64,000 bases of DNA, from positions 3,534-67,533 of the forward strand of contig JBBRPH010000020.1 in NCBI GenBank assembly GCA_038228295.1, in the 5' to 3' direction. This DNA comes from Chloroflexia bacterium (GTDB taxonomy: Bacteria; Chloroflexota; Chloroflexia; QHBQ01; JAICKM01). The notes beneath the pieces are model-generated. The model had not been told where the DNA came from, did no database searches, and saw nothing but the letters and a program-made list of their open reading frames with translations. The position numbers and the translations under genes are program-made. Each line of letters starts with the position of its first letter. Within the stretch, counting starts at the first letter, position 1. Positions 28,526-37,008 of the stretch are shown here, in pieces.

Positions 28526-31429
28526 TCAGCACGCCGTATCCGGCACTTCATTCTCGTCGGCTTCAGCTAATGCTATCGCCGCGTCTAGCGACAGGTTTGC
28601 GCCGGTGGTCCAGGCAGTGGCCCAGGCAGTCGGCGATAGCGCGGCTTCGGCTGCGCGCCGACTGTGCTCGTAGGGTGCTTGGTCGGCAGGGTCGAGCGTG
28701 GTGCCGATAGCGGCCAGCAACGTTTCGGCAGCGGCAAACAGCATGGCGGCGCGGGTCGGGTAACTCGCCGCGACCGCCACTGCACCCAAACCACTCAGGC
28801 ACCAGGCGACGGCGACTCGGCGACCCGTCTCACCGGCCAGTCGTAACGCCTCGCGGAAAAGCGGGTCGGCTTTAGCAAGATCGCCGACTTGCACGGCCAC
28901 GCAGCCCAGGTTGTAGAGCGCTGTGGTGATGCCGTAGCCGTTGCCCAATTGCCGATGCAAGATCAGCGCTTGCTCATAGAAGACGGCGGCTTGCGGATAG
29001 TCGCTGGTGTAGCGTGCCACTTCGCCGAGGCTATTGAGCAGCCAAGCTGTGGTGTCGGGGGTACCCATGCTCGTATTGAGTGCTAGGCTCTCCTCGAAGA
29101 GGGCACGGGCAGCCGGATAGTCACCTTCGGCCAGTGCGGTGCGCCCCAGATGATAGAGACACGTCGTCACACTTCGCCCGTCACCGAGACTACGCACCAG
29201 GCTTAGGCTTTCTTCGAGCCGGGCGCGCGCTTCCGATAAGCGCCCCTGCGCCAACGCGGTGCGGCCCACCTGGAAGAGTGCGGAGGCGACGGCAACACGA
29301 TCGTTCAATGCCCGTGTCAGGCTTAGAGCTTCGTCGGCCAGTGTATAGGCTTCGGCGAGCGCCCCCTGGATGCGGACTTCTTCGGCCAGCGCATCAAGTG
29401 TCGCCGCCAACGCCGGGTGGTTGCCCAGGCTGCGCCAGAGCGTGGCGCTTTCCTCCAGATAGGCGCGGGCCGTGACCGAGTCGGTAGTCAGGGAGCCGAG
29501 GCCAAAGAGGGCTTGGGCGCGTGCCGCCGGATAGGCGGTCGCTTCCGGCGCAGCCAGCATGGTTTCGAGCCAGGCGCGGCCGGCTCGCCACTGCCCGCGC
29601 AACAGCCAGAAGCGCCACAGCGCGCCGGCTAACCGCAGTCCGGCTTCCCGGCCCACAGGATCACCCGCGCACCATTCGAGCGCGGCGCACAAGTTATCGT
29701 CCTCGCTTTGTAGCCGCCGCAATACGCTATCCTGGCCCGCGCTGCGGAGTTGCGGTGCGGTGGCTTCGGCCAACTGCACATACCAGTCGCGATGCCGGCG
29801 ACGGACGGCCGCTGTTTCGCCGGTTTCGAAGAGACGTTCACGCGCGTATTGGTGGATCGTCTCCTGATAATAATAGCGGGTCTGGTCCGGTTGGTCCTCA
29901 ACCAATACCAGCGACTTATTGACCAGTTGCTGTAGCCCATCCAGCACTTCGTATACGTCCAGTTCATCGCCCGCACAAACGGCCTCGGCGGCTTCGAGCG
30001 TCCACCCGCCGATGAACACAGCGAGACGATGGAGGAGAGTGCGCTCTTGGGTACCGAGTAGATCATAGCTCCAGTCAATCAGCGCACGGAGGGTTTGCTG
30101 TCGCGGCAAGGCGGTGCGGCTGCCGCCGGTGAGCAGGCGAAAGCGATCGTCGAGCCGCGCGGCGATACCTTCGACCGGCAGCACCTTGACGCGGGCGGCG
30201 GCAAGTTCAAGTGCCAACGGAATGCCGTCGAGGCGACGGCAAATGTGCAGCACCGCCGGCGCATTGGCCTCGGTAAGCACAAACCCCGGCTGCACCGCCT
30301 GGGCACGCTCAATAAATAAGCGTATCGCTTCGTAGCGCAGCAGCATACCGATCGCCGGCCGCTCCGGCTGTGCGCCGGTGTTGCGCTGGGGCAGGGCCAA
30401 CGACGGCACCCGTAGGGTGGTCTCACCGGCAATGCCCAGTGCTTCGCGGCTGCTCGCGAGGATGCGCACGGTCGGGCAGTTGCGGAGTACGGCCTCGGCC
30501 AGTTCGGCGCAGGCGGTAATCAGGTGTTCGCAGTTATCGAGCAACAGCAGCAGATTTTTGTCGCGCAGCCTTTGGGTGAGCGTGGTCAGCCATGCTACGC
30601 CCAGTTCTTCGCGCACGCCCACGGCGCTGGCGACGGTCGCCGCAACCAGCGCGGGATCCGTTAGCGCGGCCAATTCGATGAACCAGACTCCGTCCGAGAA
30701 GTTGTCGCTTAGTTCGGCGGCCACTTGCAAGCTCAGGCGCGTCTTGCCGGTGCCGCCCGGTCCGGTGAGGGTGAGCAAGCGAGTGGTGCCGAGCAGCCGC
30801 TGCACGTCAGCCATTTCGCGGTCGCGCCCAATAAAGCTGGTGAGTTGTAACGGCAGATTGTGGGCGAAGGCTTCGAGCGAACGCAACGGCGGGAACTCCG
30901 CCGGCAGATCGCTGCTGACCAGTTGGAAGACGCGCTCCGGACGGATAAGGTCTTTGAGCCGTTGCTCGCCCAGATCGCGCAGGCCCACGCCGGGCGGCAG
31001 CGCCGCGCCTAGTGCCTCTTGCGTGCTAAGGGACAGCAGCACCTGTCCGCCGTGGCCCGCCGCCATGATCCGCGCCACCCGGTTGAGCGCCGGGCCGACA
31101 TAGTCGCCGTCGCGCACGGTAGCCACGCCGGTGTGCAGTCCCATACGGACGCGCAAAGGGCCGGTCGCCCCCCAGGCTCCGGTGGTCAGATCGCGCTGGG
31201 CGGTGATGGCGGCCGCCAACGCATCCGCTGCGTCCGTGAAGGCGGCGGAAAAGGCATCGCCGCCTGTCTTGAACACACTCCCCCTATGGCTCTCGATAGC
31301 GGCGCGCAGGATGGCATCGTGACGCGCCAGGGCCACGGCCATCTCCTGAGGGTGTTGCTCCCACAGCCGCGTGCTACCCTCAATGTCGGTGAACAGAAAC
31401 GTAATCAGCGGCGCTGCATCTTCGGTCAT
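28526..31429 (-). CDS. Adenylate/guanylate cyclase - STAND (NB-ARC-like) ATPase - TPR protein (STAND-1)
   Basis: FLFTDIEGST, KTGGDAF, LNRVARI; Walker A GPGGTGKT, Walker B LLLLDNCE; [12 protein letters not shown]; C-terminal TPRs. Confidence 0.93.
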   Translation of the reverse strand: MTEDAAPLITFLFTDIEGSTRLWEQHPQEMAVALARHDAILRAAIESHRGSVFKTGGDAFSAAFTDAADALAAAITAQRDLTTGAWGATGPLRVRMGLHTGVATVRDGDYVGPALNRVARIMAAGHGGQVLLSLSTQEALGAALPPGVGLRDLGEQRLKDLIRPERVFQLVSSDLPAEFPPLRSLEAFAHNLPLQLTSFIGRDREMADVQRLLGTTRLLTLTGPGGTGKTRLSLQVAAELSDNFSDGVWFIELAALTDPALVAATVASAVGVREELGVAWLTTLTQRLRDKNLLLLLDNCEHLITACAELAEAVLRNCPTVRILASSREALGIAGETTLRVPSLALPQRNTGAQPERPAIGMLLRYEAIRLFIERAQAVQPGFVLTEANAPAVLHICRRLDGIPLALELAAARVKVLPVEGIAARLDDRFRLLTGGSRTALPRQQTLRALIDWSYDLLGTQERTLLHRLAVFIGGWTLEAAEAVCAGDELDVYEVLDGLQQLVNKSLVLVEDQPDQTRYYYQETIHQYARERLFETGETAAVRRRHRDWYVQLAEATAPQLRSAGQDSVLRRLQSEDDNLCAALEWCAGDPVGREAGLRLAGALWRFWLLRGQWRAGRAWLETMLAAPEATAYPAARAQALFGLGSLTTDSVTARAYLEESATLWRSLGNHPALAATLDALAEEVRIQGALAEAYTLADEALSLTRALNDRVAVASALFQVGRTALAQGRLSEARARLEESLSLVRSLGDGRSVTTCLYHLGRTALAEGDYPAARALFEESLALNTSMGTPDTTAWLLNSLGEVARYTSDYPQAAVFYEQALILHRQLGNGYGITTALYNLGCVAVQVGDLAKADPLFREALRLAGETGRRVAVAWCLSGLGAVAVAASYPTRAAMLFAAAETLLAAIGTTLDPADQAPYEHSRRAAEAALSPTAWATAWTTGANLSLDAAIALAEADENEVPDTAC

Positions 31430-31435
31430 GTGGCT

Positions 31436-31444
31436 ATTATAGCA
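31436..31444 (-). promoter_or_regulatory. Extended -10 element, probable leaderless promoter of STAND-1
   Basis: Minus strand TGCTATAAT-agccac-ATG, no SD. Confidence 0.6.
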
Positions 31445-31473
31445 TCTTCCGTGCGCGAACAACGGAGCGGGCA

Positions 31474-31506
31474 GCAAAAAACCTCCACCCAATGGTGGAG
31501 GTTTGC
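31474..31506 (-). terminator. Intrinsic terminator of the Gly-rich peptide gene
   Basis: Minus strand aaacctccacc-attg-ggtggaggtttttt, about 22 bp after the stop codon. Confidence 0.85.
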
Positions 31507-31528
31507 GATTCTGTAGCGTGGCGGCCGG

Positions 31529-31870
31529 TTAGGCCATGCCACCGCCGCTGCTGCCGTTGGCTCCCCCCATGCTGCCGCCGCCGCTGCTGCCGCCGACGAT
31601 CACGGTCCCCCCCATGCTGCCACCGCCGCTGCTGCCGTTGGCTCCCCCCATGCTGCCACCGCCGCTGCTGCCGCCGACGATCACGGTCCCCCCCATGCTG
31701 CCACCGCCGCTGCTGCCGTTCATGCTGCCGCCGCCGCTGCTGCCACCCACAACCACGGAGTTACCACCGGTATGAGTGACCGCTACCTGATTCCCATGTG
31801 CGCCAATAGCTCCTAAAGCCATTGCTACAGTGATGGATACAGCCCATTTTTTAACCGATGCGATCTTCAT
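31529..31870 (-). CDS. Small secreted Gly/Ser-rich repeat peptide precursor (six GSSGGG cores)
   Basis: Signal-peptide-like MKIASVKKWAVSITVAMALGAIGAHG; SD GAGGG; own promoter and terminator. Confidence 0.85.
   Translation of the reverse strand: MKIASVKKWAVSITVAMALGAIGAHGNQVAVTHTGGNSVVVGGSSGGGSMNGSSGGGSMGGTVIVGGSSGGGSMGGANGSSGGGSMGGTVIVGGSSGGGSMGGANGSSGGGMA
31532..31760 (-). repeat. Tandem repeats encoding (G/N)GSSGGGSM, including an 81-bp higher-order duplication
   Basis: ccaccgccgctgctgccgttggctccccccatgctgcc at 31539 and 31620. Confidence 0.9.
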
Positions 31871-31965
31871 GGATGTGTTCCCTCTCTACTAGTTGCTGTA
31901 ATCAATAACGATTAACTATTCACGCTGGTGGAGTAACAATCAACTCGGTACTCGCAACCATCGTC

Positions 31966-31994
31966 ATTGTAGCAGAAGCATCGGCTGGAGTCAA
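31966..31994 (-). promoter_or_regulatory. sigma70 promoter of the peptide gene
   Basis: Minus strand TTGACT-17 bp-TACAAT with TGn extension. Confidence 0.75.
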
Positions 31995-32010
31995 TAGGCG
32001 GATTCACTAT

Positions 32011-33357
32011 TTATCTATTACCGGCACCAAAATGTTGTTGCAAAACTTTTGCCACTAATCTGGGGCGAAACAGTATTCCAGGGGGTTTGAGGAGTTGCGT
32101 GACAGCGAATAGGATACCGTGCGCTTTCGCATCGTGCGCGGCTAACATGGTTAGGCGATCCAGATACCAGTGTAGCAGTGGCGACCATTGCGGCTTCTCG
32201 CCCTGTGTTGTGCGATAGCGAAAGTCACGGTTGGTCGCCAGTAGCCACGGAGCCGTATTGTTTTTGGCTAGTTCTTGTTGGAAGTACAAGGCGAAGCCCG
32301 CCGGATCGCGGTGTGTGGTCGTTTGGCTGTAGGTGTGTAAGCATCTGTCCAATACTTTGGCGCTCTGGGCTGCAACGGTAATGCCTTGCGAGTGCTGCGG
32401 ATTGAGGATACACGCCGCATCGCCTAATACGATAAACTGTTCGGGTCGGCTTGATAGCGATTCATAATGACGTAAGCGATTTTCTGTATGCTGATAGCCC
32501 CAAACAGGCGAAATCGGTACCGCAGTGTCTATAAACTGGTATGCCTGGGAACTCGGCAGGCTACGTACAAAATCTAGTAGCGGCTCTTCCTCTAACGGTG
32601 GGTAATCCCCTGCTACTCCGGTGATGGTGGCAAGCCAACGGTTTCCCTCCACACGGGCAATCACACAACCCCTGCTAGCGGTTTCCGTTAGCATCACTTG
32701 CCAATCAGGTGTGCGATCACTTGGGCAAGTGTAATAGCGGCTGACGTAACGCACCAATGAGTTGACAGTGGTCTCTTGGGGTGGCGTGTACCCGAGTGCC
32801 TCTAACCACTTAGGGGCGCGGGAGTAACGGCCACCGGCATCTATTATTAGGTCAGCGTACAGGCTTTCCTCTGCTGCTGCATTTTGACTCCGCCCGCGTG
32901 TCTGCACTCCTATGACAACTGTGTGCGATTCGTCGGCTAGGAGGCTAGTCACCTCTTGTTGTTGCAAGCAGCGGATCTGTGGAGAAGCGAGTACGCGCCG
33001 GCGAATGCTCCACTCCAGTAAATCTCGGCTGTAGTAATGGACATTGTAATTGGTGCCGAAGTATGAACCTGATGCGACAGGGGTTAAAGGCGCAATAGTG
33101 CCGGACCAATCTACTACGGTAGCCCCCGCGTTGAGCAGGTCTGCTTCGATACCTGGAAAAAGCTGTTCTAGGATCAGACGGCCGCCCATAAGGAGCTGAT
33201 GCCGGTGCCGAGCATGAGGTGTACCTTTACGCGGCTGAGGTTCTGCGGGTAGAAAGTCCCGCTCGACAATCGTCACCCGATCAAAGTGATTACAGAGAAC
33301 ATGAGCCGCCAATAAGCCCGCAATACTGCCGCCAATGACGAGCGCGTGGGTGGGCAA
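32011..33357 (-). CDS. FAD-dependent oxidoreductase (monooxygenase/epoxidase-like)
   Basis: IGGSIAGL, VERD, DLIIDAGGR, LGDAACILNP..QGIT; lower GC than flanks. Confidence 0.85.
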   Translation of the reverse strand: MPTHALVIGGSIAGLLAAHVLCNHFDRVTIVERDFLPAEPQPRKGTPHARHRHQLLMGGRLILEQLFPGIEADLLNAGATVVDWSGTIAPLTPVASGSYFGTNYNVHYYSRDLLEWSIRRRVLASPQIRCLQQQEVTSLLADESHTVVIGVQTRGRSQNAAAEESLYADLIIDAGGRYSRAPKWLEALGYTPPQETTVNSLVRYVSRYYTCPSDRTPDWQVMLTETASRGCVIARVEGNRWLATITGVAGDYPPLEEEPLLDFVRSLPSSQAYQFIDTAVPISPVWGYQHTENRLRHYESLSSRPEQFIVLGDAACILNPQHSQGITVAAQSAKVLDRCLHTYSQTTTHRDPAGFALYFQQELAKNNTAPWLLATNRDFRYRTTQGEKPQWSPLLHWYLDRLTMLAAHDAKAHGILFAVTQLLKPPGILFRPRLVAKVLQQHFGAGNR

Positions 33358-33392
33358 AACTTACATCCCCTCTGTATAGGCTAGTTGTTTAA

Positions 33393-36158
33393 TCATTTGA
33401 TGAGTGACGCTAACGCTAATTCTAAAGCTTCCTGTAGGGACATTGCCTGCCCGGCGGTCCAAGCAGCTGTCCATTCGGTTTCATTAATCGCAGCCTGCAC
33501 CGCGGCGACATGGGGTGCGTAGGCACCGGCATCGGGGGGATCTAAGTGCGCGTTTATGGCTTGCAAAAGGCCATCTGTTGCTCCGCACAGCTGGGCAGCG
33601 TGAAGCCAATGGCTGCGTTTGGCAGCCACTCCGACTGCTGCCGCCCAGCACATAGCGATGCCTTCTTTGTTGCCCAACTGTTGATATAAGACCATACTCT
33701 CAGTAAATAAGTCTGCCGCTTTGTGGAAATCGCCTTGAGCCAAAGTAATTTGACCAAGGTTGTGTGAAGCTAAAGCCAATCCTGATCTATCCATACAATC
33801 AGTGTATATTCTTAACGCTGATTCTACAACATGGGTAGCGGGTATCAATTGGCCTTGTGCCCGTAGAGCCTCGCCTAAGTTAAGTGCGCTACTTGCAACT
33901 CCTTGCATATTATTTAGCATTCGCCGTAGTTGTAAACTTTCTTCTGCAAGTAATTGTGCGCTGTGGGCATCACCACGATTAAGCGCCAATATACTTAAAT
34001 TATCGAGTACACTAGCGACCCCCGGTTTATGATCTACGACACGATAGAGGGTCAAACTTTCTTCCAGTGCGTTCTTGGCCTCTGCAATGTCGCCCTGTCG
34101 CTGTGCTATCCAGCTAAGGTCCACTAGCGCGCGCGCCGTTGATTTGCGATCACCAATTTCACGGTACAGTTTCACACTAACCTCCAACTGTGTGTGCGCT
34201 TCGACGAAATCGCCTTGACCGGTTGCGAAGCGACCGGCTCCTTCTAGGGCTTTAGCGCGGGCTGCAGGCGTGGCGGGACCGGGGCGATCTAGCGCCGCAT
34301 CCAGCCAAGCGCGCCCTTCGATCCAGTAGCCACGGCGCAGCCAGAATGGTTGGAGCGCGCCGACGAGGCGTAGTTCGGCCTCGATGCCCGCTGGGTCGTC
34401 CTGGCACCATTCGAGGGCGGCGCGCAGATTGTCGTGTTCGAGTTCAAGGCGATCCAGCCATTGTACAGCTTGCTGCTCGCGGATTGGAGCTTCGGCTTCC
34501 TCGGCTAGGGCCAGGAACCAATCGCGGTGGCGAATGCGGACGGCGGCGGATTCGCCGGCTTCGGTCAAGCGGTCGCGGGCATACTGCCGGATCGTTTCGA
34601 GCAGGCTATAGCGTGGGCTGCCGTCGGGTATGGGTTCGACCAGCAGCGACTTGTTGATCAGCTGTTGGAGGCTGTCGGCACAGTTGCCGCTGACAGTCGT
34701 GTCTGTATCGGTCACGGCGGCAGCAGCCTCGGCAGTAAAGCCGCCCGCGAAGACCGAGAGGGCACGTAGTAGGCGACGTTCCGCGTCGGGTAGCAGATCA
34801 TAGCTCCAGTCAATCAGGGCACGCAGGGTTTGCTGGCGGGGTAGGGCGGTGCGACTGCCGCCGGTGAGCAGGCGAAAGCGATCATCGAGCCGGGCAGCGA
34901 TGCCGTCCACCGGCAGCAGGCGTACACGGGCGGCAGCCAATTCAATGGCGAGTGGGATGCCGTCGAGCCGGCGACAGATCTGGGCTACAGCAGGCGCGTT
35001 ATCGGCGGTGAGCCGGAAATGGGGCTGCGCCGCCTGCACGCGATCTAGAAACAAGCGCACCGATTCGACCGTAGCTAACGCGCTAGGGTCGGTGGCCCCG
35101 GTGGGCGGTAGGCTCAGTGACGGCACGCGGTAGACAGCTTCGTTGGGCAGGCTCAACGGTTCGCGGCTGCTCGCCAGCACCGTCACTCCCGGACAGGCGG
35201 CCCGTAACTGCTCGACTAGAGCCGCGCAGGCGGTCAGCACGTGTTCGCAGTTATCAAGCAGCAGCAGCGTGGTCTGCGGCTGAAGATGGGCGATCAGACT
35301 CGCCTCCAACGGCCGTCCGGGTTCCCCTCGCACCCCCAGTACCGTTGCCACCGCTTGAGCCAGCAGCGCCGGGTCGGTCAAAGCCGCTAGTTCGACGACC
35401 CAAACCCCGGTGGGAAAGCGGTCGAGCGATTGGGCAGCGGCTTGCAAAGCGAGGCGCGTCTTGCCGGTGCCGCCGGAGCCGGTGAGCGTGACTAGGCGGC
35501 TCGTCGCCAGCAAGTGTAGCACGGTCGTCAGCGCCTCAGCGCGCCCAATAAAAGGGGTTAATTGGATCGGCAGATTATGCGCGGTGGCGGGCAAGGCGCG
35601 GAGCGGATCGGTTCGGTCAGGCAGGCCCGCGCCGATCAACTGGAATACTCGCTCCGGCTGTTCCAGGTCACGGAATCGCTGTTCTCCTAGGTCGCGCAGG
35701 GTCAAATCGGTCGGCAAGGCTGGGCCGAGCGCGGCAGCGGTTGCGCCGGTGAGCAGGATCTGGTCGCCGTGTCCGGCCCCCAGCAAGCGCGCGGTGCGAT
35801 TAAGCGCCGGGCCGAAAAAATCGCCGGCGCGCTGTTCAGCGGGGCCGCTGTGCAAGGCCATCACTACACCGGGCGGAGCCAGCCCATTATGCATATCCCA
35901 AGAGTGGGTGGCTAGTGCGCGCCCAGCGGCGGCCGCCGCCTGTACTGCCGCCGCCGGCGCAGCAAATACCGCGTAGACGGCACTGCCACTGCGCTTAAAG
36001 ATCGTGCCGCCCACCCCCTGCACCGCCTCGCGCATCAGCCGATCATAGTGGCCCAGGATGCGGCCCATCGTCGCGGGGTATTCTTCCCACAGGCGGACAT
36101 TGCCCACAATGTCGGCAAAGAGGAAAGTTAGGCCGGCGGGTGCGCTTGTTACGTCCAT
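33393..36158 (-). CDS. Cyclase-like - STAND ATPase - TPR protein (STAND-2)
   Basis: FLFADIVG, LNRTARL; GSGGTGKT; LLDNCE; LDGIPLAIELAA; TPRs. Confidence 0.93.
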   Translation of the reverse strand: MDVTSAPAGLTFLFADIVGNVRLWEEYPATMGRILGHYDRLMREAVQGVGGTIFKRSGSAVYAVFAAPAAAVQAAAAAGRALATHSWDMHNGLAPPGVVMALHSGPAEQRAGDFFGPALNRTARLLGAGHGDQILLTGATAAALGPALPTDLTLRDLGEQRFRDLEQPERVFQLIGAGLPDRTDPLRALPATAHNLPIQLTPFIGRAEALTTVLHLLATSRLVTLTGSGGTGKTRLALQAAAQSLDRFPTGVWVVELAALTDPALLAQAVATVLGVRGEPGRPLEASLIAHLQPQTTLLLLDNCEHVLTACAALVEQLRAACPGVTVLASSREPLSLPNEAVYRVPSLSLPPTGATDPSALATVESVRLFLDRVQAAQPHFRLTADNAPAVAQICRRLDGIPLAIELAAARVRLLPVDGIAARLDDRFRLLTGGSRTALPRQQTLRALIDWSYDLLPDAERRLLRALSVFAGGFTAEAAAAVTDTDTTVSGNCADSLQQLINKSLLVEPIPDGSPRYSLLETIRQYARDRLTEAGESAAVRIRHRDWFLALAEEAEAPIREQQAVQWLDRLELEHDNLRAALEWCQDDPAGIEAELRLVGALQPFWLRRGYWIEGRAWLDAALDRPGPATPAARAKALEGAGRFATGQGDFVEAHTQLEVSVKLYREIGDRKSTARALVDLSWIAQRQGDIAEAKNALEESLTLYRVVDHKPGVASVLDNLSILALNRGDAHSAQLLAEESLQLRRMLNNMQGVASSALNLGEALRAQGQLIPATHVVESALRIYTDCMDRSGLALASHNLGQITLAQGDFHKAADLFTESMVLYQQLGNKEGIAMCWAAAVGVAAKRSHWLHAAQLCGATDGLLQAINAHLDPPDAGAYAPHVAAVQAAINETEWTAAWTAGQAMSLQEALELALASLIK

Positions 36159-36222
36159 AGGGAGTTAGCACCCATCTAAGCAAAAATCTATACGGCGCGC
36201 CGGCTACGTGCCTGCGGCTGCA

Positions 36223-37008
36223 TTATAGCATGGATTCGTTGCCGCGTGCGAGGTGGATATACATTTGCAGGTTGTAGTAGGCCATCGCCGTCGCCAGCAC
36301 TAGGCCGAGCGGCCCATCGCGCCAGCCCGCTAGTGTGATGAAACGCCGGCGGAACTCGCGCAACGGTTGCAGCACAAAGTTCTGCGGTTTGGCGCGCACC
36401 CCGGCGGTCCGTAGGGCGCGCGCTTCGTAGGCAGCATAGGCGCGTTGCTTGGCGGTGAACCGGCTCCAGTGGCTATAGTTATAGTGGATCAACGGTTGCC
36501 GCAGATACGCCTGCCGGTCGGCGGGAATCTGCGCGATTTCATGCACAGTGCGTCCTTCGTCGTAGCGGGCCACAGTGCGCCGCAGCAGGCGTAGTTGGTG
36601 GTCGGGCCACCAGCCGGCGTGGCGCACCTCGTGGCCGAACATGAAGGTGCGCCGTGCCACCCAGTAGCCTGCGTATTCGCCCGGCTCCGCCAAAACCGCC
36701 CGGATCTCGCGCACCAGGGCGGGGGTCACGCGCTCATCGGGGTCAAGGAACAGCACCCAATCGCCGTGTGCGTGGTCCAACCCGCGATTGCGCTGGGCGG
36801 AAAAGTTGACGAAGGGCACCCGATAGACGGCAGCCGTATGGTGGCGGGCTACCACTTCGACCGCCGGCGTGGCGAGTCCGTCCAGAATTACCACTAATTC
36901 ACAGTCCGGCGACGCGATCAGGTCGGCCGCTGCGGCTAGGCAGGCAGCCAGGTGATCGGCTTCGTCCAGCGCCAGGATGACGACCGACAGGTGGGGGGCG
37001 GCGTTCAT
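36223..37008 (-). CDS. Glycosyltransferase family 2
   Basis: LSVVILALDE, FSAQRNRG, FLDPDE, WPDHQLRL, VHE. Confidence 0.9.
   Translation of the reverse strand: MNAAPHLSVVILALDEADHLAACLAAAADLIASPDCELVVILDGLATPAVEVVARHHTAAVYRVPFVNFSAQRNRGLDHAHGDWVLFLDPDERVTPALVREIRAVLAEPGEYAGYWVARRTFMFGHEVRHAGWWPDHQLRLLRRTVARYDEGRTVHEIAQIPADRQAYLRQPLIHYNYSHWSRFTAKQRAYAAYEARALRTAGVRAKPQNFVLQPLREFRRRFITLAGWRDGPLGLVLATAMAYYNLQMYIHLARGNESML

Noticed and set aside
31532-31760. Repeat array as a CRISPR
   Set aside because: Units are in-frame coding repeats without unique spacers, and no cas genes are present
31492-31779. Plus-strand Cys/Arg-rich and Pro/Leu-rich ORFs
   Set aside because: Antisense shadows; promoter, SD, signal peptide and terminator all support the minus-strand ORF
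28526-36158. Avs-type antiphage STAND system
   Set aside because: No nuclease, TIR, SIR2 or protease effector and no neighbouring defence genes; architecture fits signalling cyclase-STAND proteins, though defence cannot be excluded
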